A stretch of DNA of 64,000 bases from contig CBDBHB010000009.1 in assembly GCA_965205505.1 (NCBI GenBank), positions 2,720,001 through 2,784,000 of the forward strand. The letters run 5' to 3'. Position numbers and translations under genes: made by a program. A model generated the notes under the pieces. That model was not told the DNA's origin and did not search any database. It saw nothing but the letters and a program-made list of their open reading frames with translations. This DNA is from Acidobacteriota bacterium (lineage in GTDB: Bacteria > Acidobacteriota > UBA890 > WLXD01). Below are positions 47,111-58,334 of this stretch, piece by piece (the first letter of the stretch is position 1; every line of letters begins with the position of its first letter).

Positions 47111-48274
47111 GAGGGCTCCGTGCTGCATGAACAACTCGCCGCCGGCGACCACAGCTTGCACGTCGAGCTCCGAATCAATCAGCAGCAGGTCGGCGTCCGC
47201 ACCAACGGTCAAGCTACCCTTTCCAGGGAGGCGGAGAATTGCGGCCGGGTTCGCGGTCACGGCGGCGAGCGCTTGCGATAACTCGAGCCCCTCGTTGCGG
47301 ACGGCGTCGACGATCTCACGCCAGATCTCGCCCGGCTTGCCGCTGGTCAGGCCCACGAGCTCGCCGTGAGCATCGAACTCGGGGAGCGAGCCACACGCGT
47401 CGGAGCTCATCGTGATGTGGGCGTTCGGTACGCCGGCCTCCAGCAGCTCACGGAGGGCACGTGAGGGCTTGACGTCGTCTGCCCCGAGACCACGCCAGCC
47501 GCACGCGGTGATATCGACCGGCGCCTCGATGCCGTACTGCTTGGTCTGGTCGAAGCAATGCGGGTTACGGTTTATGTGCGTCGGGTAGAATTGCGCAAAG
47601 CCAAGCTCGGAGCTTCGTACTGCCTCCTGAACAACGCTGAACGGATCCTCGGCATCGCCGAGGTGCAAGTGCACGAGGCCACACTTGCCGCCCAGCATGC
47701 CACCTCGGCGCGCCTCCTTGGCGAGACGGACCAGATCAAGGGCAGTCGGGTTGGAAGAGCGGTGGTCGGCGATAGCGATCTCGCCTACGCCGATAACCTC
47801 CTCGATAATCGCTATGTCGCGTGCCACGTCTCCAGTGAGGGTGGGTGGCGGCAGTTGGTACGAGCCGGTCCACATCCAGGCCGACACCCCCTCGGCGCGC
47901 AACCCCTTGGCCTTCATCAGCAAGCTGTCGAGGCTGCGCGTCACACCGTCTGTGCCCAGCAGCCCCACAACGGTGGTAATCCCGGCCTGGATCATCCAGG
48001 AAAGCGGCATCTCGGGTGTTCGTGTCGCTGGCCCGCCCTCCCCGCCGGCGCCGGCGATGTGGATATGCCCGTCGATCAGCCCCGGGACGACCTTCTGGCC
48101 GCCGGCGTCGATCACTTGCACGTCGACACCGCCAGGCGGCTCCAGATCGTTGCTCAGGCCGACGATCCTGCCGCCAGCGCACAGCACGTCGCGGACACCG
48201 AGCGGCTCCGGCGCGTATACGTCGCCGCGACGAATCAGAAGGGGCGTAGGGCCGATACGCCGCGCACAAGGCAC
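47087..48274 (-). CDS. iadA: Isoaspartyl dipeptidase (beta-aspartyl peptidase)
   Basis: PGLIDGHIHIAGAGGEGG, RTPE, VGLLGTDG, AIADHRS, PTHINR and SSDACGSLP. Confidence 0.92.
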   Translation of the reverse strand: MPCARRIGPTPLLIRRGDVYAPEPLGVRDVLCAGGRIVGLSNDLEPPGGVDVQVIDAGGQKVVPGLIDGHIHIAGAGGEGGPATRTPEMPLSWMIQAGITTVVGLLGTDGVTRSLDSLLMKAKGLRAEGVSAWMWTGSYQLPPPTLTGDVARDIAIIEEVIGVGEIAIADHRSSNPTALDLVRLAKEARRGGMLGGKCGLVHLHLGDAEDPFSVVQEAVRSSELGFAQFYPTHINRNPHCFDQTKQYGIEAPVDITACGWRGLGADDVKPSRALRELLEAGVPNAHITMSSDACGSLPEFDAHGELVGLTSGKPGEIWREIVDAVRNEGLELSQALAAVTANPAAILRLPGKGSLTVGADADLLLIDSELDVQAVVAGGELFMQHGALLRQGTFE

Positions 48275-48283
48275 AGAATCACC

Positions 48284-51200
48284 TCAGTCCGGGTCGTATC
48301 CGAGGTTCGGTCGGAGGCAGCGTTCCGACTCCTGCGGTGTCAGCCCCTTGCGCGCCGCATAATCCTCTACCTGATCCGCGCCGATCTTCCCGAGCGCGAA
48401 GTAGCGCGCCCGGGGATGGTTGAGATAGATACCCGAAACGGACGCAGCGGGGGTCATGGCGCAGGTTTCCGTAAGGACGATTCCGGTTCCCGCCTCGACA
48501 TCGAGGAGTCGCCACAGAGTGCGTTTCTCCGTGTGGTCCGGCTGCGCCGGATAACCGGGCGCCGGGCGGGTGCCGCGATAGCGTTCGGCGATGAGGTCTT
48601 CGGTCGAAAGTGCCGCCTCGTCGATGCCGCACGCGGCGCGCGCGCGCGCATGCAGCCGTTCTGCGAGCGCCTCGGCAAGCCGGTCGGCAAGCGCCTTCAC
48701 CATGATGGCGTTGTAGTCGTCGTACTGCGCCTCGTATTCCGCCACGATCGGTCCGATTCCCTCGCCTGCCGTCACGGCGAAGGCGCCGACATAGTCGGGG
48801 ATGCCGGTCTCCGACGGCGCAATGAAGTCGCTGATCGATAGATAACCAGCGTCGTCGCTCTTGCGCCGCTGCTGTCGCAGCCCGTGCAGCACGGCGCGCA
48901 CCTGAGTACGAGTCTCGTCGGTGAACAACACAATGTCATCGCCGTCGGCATTGGCGGGGAAGAAGGCGCTCACCGCGTGGGCACGAAGCCGATTGTCCTT
49001 GATGATCTCGTCGAGCAGCGTGCGCGCGTTGTCGAATAGCTCCCGCGCTGCCTCGCCCACCTCGGGATGGTCGAGGATACGCGGGAACACGCCCTTGAGC
49101 TCCCAGGTATGGAAAAACGGAGTCCAGTCGATGAACTCCGCAATCTCCGACAACGGGATATCGCGTAGGATCTGGCGCTCGAGGCTGATCGGCTTCGCGA
49201 CGTCCGCGATCCTCCACTCGAACGCCAGCGCTCGTTGGCGCGCGTGACCCAGCGTCACCAGGTTGCTGACGGTGCCGCTGGCGAAGTCGGCGCGTACTCT
49301 CTCTTGCTCGCGTTGCAGCTGCTCGATGAGCCCCGGACGCCTCTCGTCGCTCGTAAGACCACCGACGACGCCCACCGCTCGGGAAGCGTCCTTCACGTGA
49401 ACGGTTGCGCCGGCGTAGCGTGGCGCGATCTTCACCGCCGTGTGTTTGGTCGAAGTGGTAGCGCCGCCGATCAAGAGCGGGATTTCTAGCCCGGTTCGCT
49501 CCATCTCCGACGCCACGTGCACCATTTCATCGAGCGACGGCGTGATCAGGCCCGACAGCCCGATCATGTCGGCATCGTGCTCGCGCGCCGTAGCAAGAAT
49601 CTTCTCGGCCGGAACCATCACGCCGAGATCGACAATCTGGTAGTTGTTGCACCCCAGCACCACACCGACGATGTTCTTGCCGATGTCGTGCACATCCCCC
49701 TTCACGGTAGCCGTGACGACTGTTCCAGCCATCCGGCGGCGCCCCTCGTCGCCGTCGTCCTCCATGAACGGCTCAAGATAGGCGACGGCGCGCTTCATCA
49801 CGCGGGCGCTCTTGACCACCTGAGGCAGGAACATCTTTCCGACGCCGAACAGGTCGCCGACGACGTTCATGCCGTCCATCAGCGGGCCCTCGATCACGTG
49901 CAATGGCCGGTCGTACTGCTGGCGCGCCTCCTCTACGTCGTCCTCGATGTGATCGACGATTCCCTTGACGAGGGCATGTCGCAGCCGTTCCTCTACCGGC
50001 TCGAGCCTCCATGCCTCCTCGGCTGTCTCATCCACAGTCGTTCCGAGATGCTTCTCGGCCGCTTCAACGAGGCGATCGGTGGCGTCCTTCCGACGGCAGA
50101 ACAGAACGTCCTCGAGCAGCTCCAAGAGCTCTGCATCGATGTCGTCGTACACGTCGAGCTGGCCGGCGTTGACGATCCCCATATCGAGGCCCGCCTGGAT
50201 AGCGTGGTAGAGGAACGCGCTGTTCATGGCGCGGCGCACCGGCTCGTTGCCACGGAACGAGAAGCTGAGATTCGAGATGCCTCCCGACACCTTGGCCAAA
50301 GGCCAGCGCTCCTTGAGCGCCCGGGTCGCCTCGATGAAGTTGATCGCGTACGCGTCGTGCTCCTCCATGCCGGTGGCGACGGTCAGGATGTTCGGATCGA
50401 AGATGATGTCCTGCTCTGGAAAGCCGACTTCGTCGACCAGGATGCGTCCGGCGCGCGATAGCACCTCGATTCGATCATCGATTCCGGTGGCCTGCCCAGT
50501 CTCGTCAAACGCCATGACCACGGCGGCGGCTCCGTGGCGGCGCACGCCGATTGCCTTGTCACGGAACGCCTCTTCGCCATCCTTGAGCGAGATCGAGTTG
50601 ACTACGCACTTTCCCTGAACGCAGCCGAGGCCCGCCTCGATGACCTCGAAGCTCGACGAATCGATCATGATCGGCAGCTTCGCTATATCGGGCTCGGCCA
50701 TGATCAGGTTCAGGAAAGTCTTCATTGCCGCGACCGAATCGAGCAGCCCCTCGTCCATGTTGACGTCGACGATGTTGGCCCCACCGGCAACCTGATGGCG
50801 GGCAACCTCGAGCGCGGTCTCATAGTCGCCCGATTTGATCAATCGGCGGAATCGCGCCGAGCCTGTAATGTTGGTGCGCTCCCCGACGACCACGAAGTTA
50901 GTGTCGGGAAAGATCGTCAGTGCCTCCAGCCCCGAGTAGCGCGAGTAGGGCGGCGGATCGCTCGGCACGTGCGGCGGCACGCCGGCGATGGCCTCGCTGA
51001 TGACACGGATATGCTCGGGCGTAGTGCCGCAGCAACCGCCGACCAGGTTCAGCCATCCGGCGCGCGCGAACTCGCCGAGTACCTCGCCCATCTGTTCCGG
51101 AGTCTCGTCGTAGCCGCCGAACTCGTTAGGTAGGCCGGCGTTCGGATAGCAACAGATATGGCAATTGGCGATCGCTGCCAGCTCCTCGACATAAGGTCGC

Positions 51201-51958
51201 ATGGCCGCCGGGCCCAACGCGCAGTTGATCCCCACCACATCCATATTTGCATGAGCTACGGAATTCCAGAACGCCGCTACCGTCTGCCCCGACAGCGTCC
51301 TGCCGGAGGCGTCGGTGATGGTCACTGAAACGACCAGCGGCACGCGCTGTTGGCGCTCATCCAATAGCTCCTGGATGGCGTACAGCGCCGCCTTGGCGTT
51401 GAGCGTGTCGAAGATTGTCTCGACCAGCAGAAGGTCGGCGCCGCCGTCGAGCAACCCCTCGGCTTGCTCCCGGTACGCACGGCGGAAGTCCTCGAAGCTT
51501 GCTGCTCTGAAGCCGGGATCGTCAACGTCGGGCGAAAGCGAGGCAGTGCGGTTGGTAGGGCCCATCGATCCGATTACGAAGCGTGGCTTGGACGGGTCGC
51601 GCTGCGTCCAATCGTCGGCGGCCGAGCGTGCCAACCGCGCCGCGGCCGAGTTGATCTCGTAAACGTGCTCCTCGAGTCTGTAATCGGACATCGAGATCGA
51701 GGTGGCGTTGAAGGTGTTGGTGGAAATGACGTCGGCGCCAGCGGCGAGAAAACCATGATGAATCTCGGTAACGACGGCGGGCCTGGTCAGACAGAGCAGG
51801 TCGTTGGCGCCGCGTAGCTCTCGAGAGTGGTCAGCGAAGCGCTCGCCGCGATAGTCGGCCTCGGTGAGGCCATACGACTGGATCATCGTCCCGGTGGCAC
51901 CGTCGAGCAGCAGAATACGCTGGCTGAAGAGCTCGCGCAGGCCCTGCGAGGTGAGCAT
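48284..51958 (-). CDS. metH: Cobalamin-dependent methionine synthase
   Basis: [37 protein letters not shown] and RPAPGYP; start ATG 51958. Confidence 0.98.
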   Translation of the reverse strand: MLTSQGLRELFSQRILLLDGATGTMIQSYGLTEADYRGERFADHSRELRGANDLLCLTRPAVVTEIHHGFLAAGADVISTNTFNATSISMSDYRLEEHVYEINSAAARLARSAADDWTQRDPSKPRFVIGSMGPTNRTASLSPDVDDPGFRAASFEDFRRAYREQAEGLLDGGADLLLVETIFDTLNAKAALYAIQELLDERQQRVPLVVSVTITDASGRTLSGQTVAAFWNSVAHANMDVVGINCALGPAAMRPYVEELAAIANCHICCYPNAGLPNEFGGYDETPEQMGEVLGEFARAGWLNLVGGCCGTTPEHIRVISEAIAGVPPHVPSDPPPYSRYSGLEALTIFPDTNFVVVGERTNITGSARFRRLIKSGDYETALEVARHQVAGGANIVDVNMDEGLLDSVAAMKTFLNLIMAEPDIAKLPIMIDSSSFEVIEAGLGCVQGKCVVNSISLKDGEEAFRDKAIGVRRHGAAAVVMAFDETGQATGIDDRIEVLSRAGRILVDEVGFPEQDIIFDPNILTVATGMEEHDAYAINFIEATRALKERWPLAKVSGGISNLSFSFRGNEPVRRAMNSAFLYHAIQAGLDMGIVNAGQLDVYDDIDAELLELLEDVLFCRRKDATDRLVEAAEKHLGTTVDETAEEAWRLEPVEERLRHALVKGIVDHIEDDVEEARQQYDRPLHVIEGPLMDGMNVVGDLFGVGKMFLPQVVKSARVMKRAVAYLEPFMEDDGDEGRRRMAGTVVTATVKGDVHDIGKNIVGVVLGCNNYQIVDLGVMVPAEKILATAREHDADMIGLSGLITPSLDEMVHVASEMERTGLEIPLLIGGATTSTKHTAVKIAPRYAGATVHVKDASRAVGVVGGLTSDERRPGLIEQLQREQERVRADFASGTVSNLVTLGHARQRALAFEWRIADVAKPISLERQILRDIPLSEIAEFIDWTPFFHTWELKGVFPRILDHPEVGEAARELFDNARTLLDEIIKDNRLRAHAVSAFFPANADGDDIVLFTDETRTQVRAVLHGLRQQRRKSDDAGYLSISDFIAPSETGIPDYVGAFAVTAGEGIGPIVAEYEAQYDDYNAIMVKALADRLAEALAERLHARARAACGIDEAALSTEDLIAERYRGTRPAPGYPAQPDHTEKRTLWRLLDVEAGTGIVLTETCAMTPAASVSGIYLNHPRARYFALGKIGADQVEDYAARKGLTPQESERCLRPNLGYDPD

Positions 51959-52114
51959 CAGAGACGTCCGGGTCGGCGGAGGAAGAGAGCGCCACGGCTG
52001 CGCTCCGACGGCGCAGCGCTGCCGCGAGTGTAGCATTGGGTTGGCGGCCCAAACGGCCGCCCTACGCTCCCTCAGACGCACCTTGGGAAGAGAGCTAGCG
52101 TTACTCGACTAGGC

Positions 52115-54319
52115 TCAGCGATTCTTTTGACCGGGCTGCAGGCGCTGCAACATGCCTTGCATACGCGGTTGATCGGGCAGCAGCGTGAGTGATTGCTCGA
52201 TGAGCTCCCGGGCACGATCGGACTCTCCGTCGGCGAGGTACTCGGCAGCAAGGGAGTTAAGAAGCTCCGGGGTGTCATCGGCGCCGCCGATACGGGCACG
52301 CTCGTAGTAGCGAACCGCGTCCCGATGCTCTCCGAGCCTTGCGGCCACCTCAGCGAGTTGCAGCAGCAACGCCTGATCGTTGGGGGCCTTCGACAGGCGC
52401 GGCTCGAGCAACTCCCGGAGCTCCGGCAGTCTCCCGAGCTCGGCCAGCAGCTCACCGACGAGGATGATGCCGTCGGCTGACCCGGCGTCGCGTTGCAGCG
52501 CGCTCTGCGCCATCGCGAGCGCCTCCTCAGGCCGCTGGCTGATGCGCAGCTGCCGAGCTCGAGTAAGCAGCGATCCCGGGTCCGTAGCCGGGGGTAAGGT
52601 GGCTGCGTGGGCTTGCGGCGACCGATACTCATCTTGGGTGCTGATTCGGACTGGCAACGGCGCCTGCCGCCAGCCATCGATGGCCAGCTCGACGTCGACG
52701 CTGTAACGGCCCACGGCAACGCCATCCAGCGGTATGGCTGTGAGCTGGTTGAGCACGCCGTATCGATCCTTCCTTCGCAATGGCAACGTCGTCGCCTTGC
52801 GGGCGGTGACGCCGCCGGCCGCATCGCGCAGGGTATACGTAGCCGCGAGGGGTTCGGTGCTGTTGGCCGGCGCGTAGACCTGATGAAAGACCCACAGTGT
52901 GCCGCCGCTCGGGAAAGGTCCATCGAAGGCGGGTAGCACGAAGTTGCGACCAATCTGGAAGGCGTAGTGGCTGCCGAAGCGGTCGTAATCGGAGCCCATG
53001 TCTTCGTGCTCGGCCACTAGAATGGCCGGACTTGCGGAGAGCGTAGAGGGCGACGGCGACGGAACGGCGACGCGCCGCTCGTCACGCCCGAACTCGCGCG
53101 TCACGTTGTTCTCGATCATCAACCCGAGCACGTAGTCACCCGGAACTGCGGGGATCCGGTCGAGATAGCTCAGCGGACCCTGGGCGAGCTGACGAGCCTC
53201 GGTTGCCTCCAGTGCCACCTCGACGGTACGCGCTGGTTCGCCGCTCAACACGTGGGCGCCTGATCTGAGCGACGAGCTGACGTCGAAAGTCAGGTAGCTG
53301 GCCGCTTCTGCGGCGCGCAGGTTCAGACGCGCGGCGGGCGCTCGTACGGCGTAGTGCAAGAAGGGCAACCCTGAGGGGTCCAGCAGACCGATCGCCAGTG
53401 CCTCCAATGGCAGGGTCTCGAAGCGAACGTTCGAATCGGCCGATCCCGTCAGCACAGGGTACGCCCAATCGGCCCTCGGCATGACGCGGTTCGGCAGGTC
53501 GTCGATCTGCGCAAGCAACATCTCCGACCGCAAGGGGGACAGGTCCGCTCCAATGCCGGTCGCCGGGATCAAGCTGATCGCTGCGTTCGATAGCTCGGCG
53601 TCGACCAAATCGAGCGCCATCAGAAAACCGACCTGGTCCCCGTACTGCGTGGGCCGACCGCGCGAGGTGCGCCCTTCGGCAACCATTGCATCGCGCGCGT
53701 AGTTGTGGCCGGACGGGTTCAGCAGGCTTTCCGGACGATCGGCCACCGGGCTGTACAGGCGATAGTCACCGAAACCGCCGCGGCGAAAAAACAGAACATA
53801 GAAGAAGGGCGGCAGCCCGAGCTCCGGCGAAGATGCGTAGGTCCACAGCTCCATCGGGTAGGCGAGCTGCGTGCTGGGAAATCTGAGCACGCTCTAGGGC
53901 TCGCCGAGCAATATATAGATGCGGCCTCGATCACCGAGCCAGCCCGGGGTAGGGGAGCCGCGGCTAAACTGCATGGTGACGAACGCGAGGCGCCCGCCGT
54001 GCTCTTCGCGATACTCGTTTGACCGCGTCCCCGGGGTAGGGTCACGATTGAGCCAGAACCCCTCGATGAAGCGGTCGCGCTGAGCGTCGCTGCTCAAGCG
54101 GAGGAACACTTCGCGCTCGGTATCCGTTATCAGCCAGCGGACGTCGCGCTCGACCCACGAGCGATGGTGTTTGGGCAGCTCGTCGAGCTCCAGCGCCGGG
54201 AACGCCTCCAGGTCGACGGGCGGTTGTTGGAAGGTGGCCTCGGCCGGCCCTGACGCCAACTGAACGGCGGCAAGCGCGGCGAACAACACGCATGGTGCAG
54301 GTCGGCTCATGACTCTCAT
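52115..54319 (-). pseudogene. GWxTD-domain/TPR protein interrupted by one in-frame TAG (53894-53896)
   Basis: Signal peptide, FWLNRDPTP, PGWLGDRGRIYILLGEP*SVLRF...ELWTY; both ORF halves are in the same frame; C-terminal TPRs. Confidence 0.8.
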
Positions 54320-54370
54320 GCTACCTGAGGGCGTATCCTTGCTGCTGGCCGGGCGAACCTGTCGGATACG

Positions 54371-55456
54371 CTACGCCACCATGGAGTCTTCGTCGTGGTC
54401 GGGAGCCACCGGATGTAGCAAGGCGCGGGCCGCTTGGCGCGTCGCGCCGACGGCGCGGGCCGGCAGGGCGGTCAGGCCGGCGTAAGAGGCCACTCGCCAG
54501 TCCCACTGCTGCCTCAGGCTGCGCAGTAGATGCCGGCGCGCGTGCTGGTAATTGCTGTCGTAGTAGAAGCTCATGCCGGCCCACGCGTGGGCCGTGGCCC
54601 GCAGCTCGCGAAGCTCGCGGTCGGACCAGTGCAACAGGTGCCGATCGTGCTCGATCACCGGTTCGATGGTCCGCAGATAGTTGACCGCCATATGGTGTTG
54701 CAGGCTGGCGCATGTCAGCTGGTCGTCTCGCCCGGTCATATAGGTGATGGTCGCAAGGTCGATTAGCGCAACCTGGGTTTCGCGACACGTACGTAGGTGG
54801 AAATCGAAGTCTTCGCCGGTCGGACGCAGCTGTTCGTTGAATGGGCCAACCTGGTCCACGACGGCGCGACGCAGGAGCACTGTCGATGTGTGCACCAGGT
54901 TTCCGGCGAGCATGGCCGAGAAGATCGAACCGCTGTACACCCGTGCTCCGCGGACTGGAGCGTTTGATCTCGGGGCTAGCTCGTCCAGTGGAGCTACGGA
55001 GCTGAAGAGCTCGGCTTTCGGAAAACGCTGATAGTTGTCGTACATCACTGTCAGGTAGGTGGGGCTCTCGGGGCTCCCGTCCGCTCGAATGGCCTCCATC
55101 TCGGTCCACAACATGCCGACCTCGGGGAGCGCCTGCATCACGTCGAGCTGCAGGCGCAGCTTGAACGCCTTCCAGGCATCGTCGGAGTCGAGAAAGGCCA
55201 TGAAGTCGCCGCGCGCCAACTTCAACCCGGTGTTTCGCGCCGCCGCTACGCCGCTGTTGGCGCACCGTACGTAGCGAACGCGGTGATCGTCGGCGTAGCG
55301 CGACATGAGATCGGGCGTGCCGTCGGTCGAGCCATCGTCGACGACAATGAGCTCCCAATCGGAATGGGACTGCGCCTGCACGCTGTCGACCGCGGCGCCC
55401 AGGCAGTAGCCGCGGTTGAATGTCGGCAGAACGATGCTAAGCAGCTCTGAACGCAT
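54371..55456 (-). CDS. Family 2 glycosyltransferase
   Basis: SIVLPTFNR, VVDDGSTD, ARNTG, FLDSDD and EDFDF. Confidence 0.9.
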   Translation of the reverse strand: MRSELLSIVLPTFNRGYCLGAAVDSVQAQSHSDWELIVVDDGSTDGTPDLMSRYADDHRVRYVRCANSGVAAARNTGLKLARGDFMAFLDSDDAWKAFKLRLQLDVMQALPEVGMLWTEMEAIRADGSPESPTYLTVMYDNYQRFPKAELFSSVAPLDELAPRSNAPVRGARVYSGSIFSAMLAGNLVHTSTVLLRRAVVDQVGPFNEQLRPTGEDFDFHLRTCRETQVALIDLATITYMTGRDDQLTCASLQHHMAVNYLRTIEPVIEHDRHLLHWSDRELRELRATAHAWAGMSFYYDSNYQHARRHLLRSLRQQWDWRVASYAGLTALPARAVGATRQAARALLHPVAPDHDEDSMVA

Positions 55457-55799
55457 CCACGGTCGTCCTTTCCAGGGGCGGCAGAAGCTGCAGCAAGAGA
55501 GGCTGCCCGCATCCTCGTACAAGAAGAGGCTACCGGCGTCGCGTGGTTCCATGCATGCCTTTTCGCTGCCCTGCCCCGGCTTGACCGGACAGGAGGTGCC
55601 GCGACAGTTCAGCAGTGGCGGCGTAGCGATTCCGTACCGAGTCGGCTAGCCTCGGCCGATACCGGCAGCAGGCGGCCGGTCGGGGCAACAGCGGCGAGGT
55701 GGGCCCTCGATGGCGGCGCTCGAACCGATAGCATCGGTGCCTCGCGTTGGGACAGCGGCGGCTGAGGCACACGCCCCGCAAGACGGACGATGGGATGCG

Positions 55800-56921
55800 A
55801 TGAGAAAGCTGAATTGGGGTTTGATTGTCGGTGGTTGCTCGGTGGTCGCCGCCGTTCTGCTTCTTCCGAGCGCCGGGCGCGGGCAAACGATGCTCCGAAC
55901 GCGGAACGTCGTGCTGGTCACTGTGGATGGTCTGCGTCACCAGGAGCTCTTCGCCGGACTGGACCGCGCTCTTCTCAACGGCGGTCAAAAGATTGGAATC
56001 GAGGATCCCGAGGCTCTTGCGGCAAAATTCTGGGATGAGTCGGCGCGGGGTCGGCGCGAGCGGCTGATGCCGTTTTTCTGGACCACGCTTGCACCTCGGG
56101 GAATCGTTCTCGGGAGCCGAGCTGACGGGAGTATGGTCTCGGTGAGCAACCCGTATCGCGTCTCGTATCCCTGCTATGCGGAGATCCTCACCGGTCAGGT
56201 GCAGCCCGACGTGACCGGCAACATCCCGATTCAGGTCCCCCGGGAGACCGTGCTCGAGTTCGTCCGCCGAGAGCTCGAGCTGGAGGTGAGCGGAGTCGCT
56301 GCGCTCACTTCATGGAATCACTTTCCGTACATCGTCGAGCACGAGCCGGGATCGATTACCGTCAACGCGGGTGGACCATTCCTCGAGGGGATGCAAAACG
56401 AGGAGATTCGTCGCCTTGTATCGCTAGAGGAACGAACGCTGTCTCCTTGGAGCTCGGTGCGGCAGAACGCCTTCACCGAAGGCCTGGCGTTCGCCTACCT
56501 AGAGGAGTTCCAGCCGCGCTTTCTGTATCTCGCGCTCGATGAGACCGACGAGTGGGCACACGGGCGACGTTACGACCGTACCGTCGAAGCGATCCGAAAC
56601 TTCGATGAGACGCTGCGGTTGCTATGGGAGCTCCTGCAGTCGATGGACGCATATCGCGACAAGACGACCCTGGTGATCACGACGGACCACGGCCGCGGTC
56701 GGACGCCCGATGATTGGACGTCACACGGCAGAGATGTTGCGGGGGCCGAGGAGATCTGGATCGCTATCATCGGGCCCGATACCACTGCCCGGGGGATCGT
56801 GCGCGCTCACGCCCCGTTGCAGCAGACTCAGATCGCCGCGACGATTCTCAGGTTTTTCGGCCTGGATCCCGGCAATTTCAATCCGCAGGCGGGCGAGCCT
56901 ATCGCGCTCGCCCTGCCCTGA
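55800..56921 (+). CDS. Secreted alkaline-phosphatase-superfamily metalloenzyme
   Basis: Signal peptide; VTVDGLR, SYPCYAEILTG, ETDEWAH and TTDHGRG. Confidence 0.85.
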   Translation: MRKLNWGLIVGGCSVVAAVLLLPSAGRGQTMLRTRNVVLVTVDGLRHQELFAGLDRALLNGGQKIGIEDPEALAAKFWDESARGRRERLMPFFWTTLAPRGIVLGSRADGSMVSVSNPYRVSYPCYAEILTGQVQPDVTGNIPIQVPRETVLEFVRRELELEVSGVAALTSWNHFPYIVEHEPGSITVNAGGPFLEGMQNEEIRRLVSLEERTLSPWSSVRQNAFTEGLAFAYLEEFQPRFLYLALDETDEWAHGRRYDRTVEAIRNFDETLRLLWELLQSMDAYRDKTTLVITTDHGRGRTPDDWTSHGRDVAGAEEIWIAIIGPDTTARGIVRAHAPLQQTQIAATILRFFGLDPGNFNPQAGEPIALALP

Positions 56922-56931
56922 AGTGTCTTCA

Positions 56932-58263
56932 TCATGCGCTCATCCGCCTCCGGAAGTAGGCGGCGCAGCCAATCATCATGAGCGGAACAAACACCATGAC
57001 GACGTAGCTCGTGTACTCCAGCAATGTGACCCAGGGCAGCTCTTGCTGCGCGAAGGACTGGTACACGTCGTGCCCCAGGTAGGTCGCCACGACGCTGAGA
57101 TAACCGAATGAGTCTCCAAGCGAGATGAGGAAGGCGGCTGTCGCGACGGTGTGAAGTGAAGCGAGCAGTCGATCCATCAGGATGCTCTGATACGGGACGA
57201 ACGCGACATAGAGACCAATGCCGTTGAGCACATAAAACGTCTTCGGGCCGAGCCAATCCATCTTGAGCATGACGGTTGACCCGCCGAGCAGCACGGCCCC
57301 GACACCGACCAACGTCAGGTTTGCCCAGACGGCGCGGCGGTTGTCGCGAAAAAACCAAAGAAGGCACAAGACCGCGATCACCGTCACGCCCACATAGCTC
57401 TCTATCGATACGAAGTCCGAGCTGCTTACCGTGTGCCCGAGGTCGCGGAGTATTTGGTCCATGAAGTCGTCCCGGATATTGCGGTACGCCATGAGGCACA
57501 GATAGCCCAGGGTCAGCATCACGACGCCAGGGAAGAAGGTGCGGACGAACTCGTTGCGGTCGTCACGCGTCATCGGGGCTCGCTTGGTCCGCTGTTCGAT
57601 GTCCGCGGCGGTGGGCGGCGGTACATGCCAGAGCATGAACATCGATAGCAGCAGGAGCGGCACAAACAGCATGCCGGTGACGGCGGGCATCCAGAACTCG
57701 GGGACATGCCACACGTCCATCGTCCATTGGCCCGCGCCCTTTGCCCAGCCAGAGGCAAAGACGACGCTGACGCTCATGCCCAGTCCGAGGAACTCGGTGA
57801 TGCGCCGACCCTCGACGATGCCGAAGAGCATCGACCAAACCATGCCCAGCGGCAGACCGTTGAAGAAGAGAAAGAGCACGTTGTACGGCGCCGGGGTCAT
57901 GCCGAACAGAACCAGCATCGCCTCGGCGAGGAAGATCAGTCCGATCACGATCGGCACGCGTTTGCCCAGAGGCGCCTCGGAAGCAAACTTGATGCCGAGA
58001 AACTTGGAGCACGTGTAGCCGACAACCTGACTGATCACCGCGATGGGCTTGTAGCCAAAGGCGACGCCGAGCAGCGTGATCGGCTCGACCGCCTCGTAGC
58101 CGGTCGCGGTGAAGGGCCGGCGGAAAGCGTACATGCTCATGTAGCCGGCGAACGCGGCGGTCATCGCGTAGATCGTGAGCACGAACTCGGATTGGCGATC
58201 GATCCACGCGGTCAAGGCTGGTATCGGCGATGACCCGGCTGACCTGGTGTTCTGATCCGGCAT
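56932..58263 (-). CDS. DUF5690-family MFS-like membrane protein
   Basis: MYAFRRPF, SKFLGIK, NGLPLGMVW, EGRRITE, EFWMP and DSFGYL; about 12 TM. Confidence 0.8.
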   Translation of the reverse strand: MPDQNTRSAGSSPIPALTAWIDRQSEFVLTIYAMTAAFAGYMSMYAFRRPFTATGYEAVEPITLLGVAFGYKPIAVISQVVGYTCSKFLGIKFASEAPLGKRVPIVIGLIFLAEAMLVLFGMTPAPYNVLFLFFNGLPLGMVWSMLFGIVEGRRITEFLGLGMSVSVVFASGWAKGAGQWTMDVWHVPEFWMPAVTGMLFVPLLLLSMFMLWHVPPPTAADIEQRTKRAPMTRDDRNEFVRTFFPGVVMLTLGYLCLMAYRNIRDDFMDQILRDLGHTVSSSDFVSIESYVGVTVIAVLCLLWFFRDNRRAVWANLTLVGVGAVLLGGSTVMLKMDWLGPKTFYVLNGIGLYVAFVPYQSILMDRLLASLHTVATAAFLISLGDSFGYLSVVATYLGHDVYQSFAQQELPWVTLLEYTSYVVMVFVPLMMIGCAAYFRRRMSA

Positions 58264-58334
58264 GGAACGCTCCGAGGGCGAGGTACCGTATCGCTGCGCC
58301 CGCGGGCGTTCGGTGAGCAAGGCGGCTCGCCAGG

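Noticed and set aside
51960-52110. SAM, SAH or cobalamin riboswitch upstream of metH
   Set aside because: Only a short GC hairpin and a TGCTACACT -10-like element; no riboswitch consensus recognised.
53894-53896. Genome-wide TAG reassignment
   Set aside because: Many genes here end at TAG where the protein family is expected to end (for example dinB, ccmB, iadA and the cyclase).
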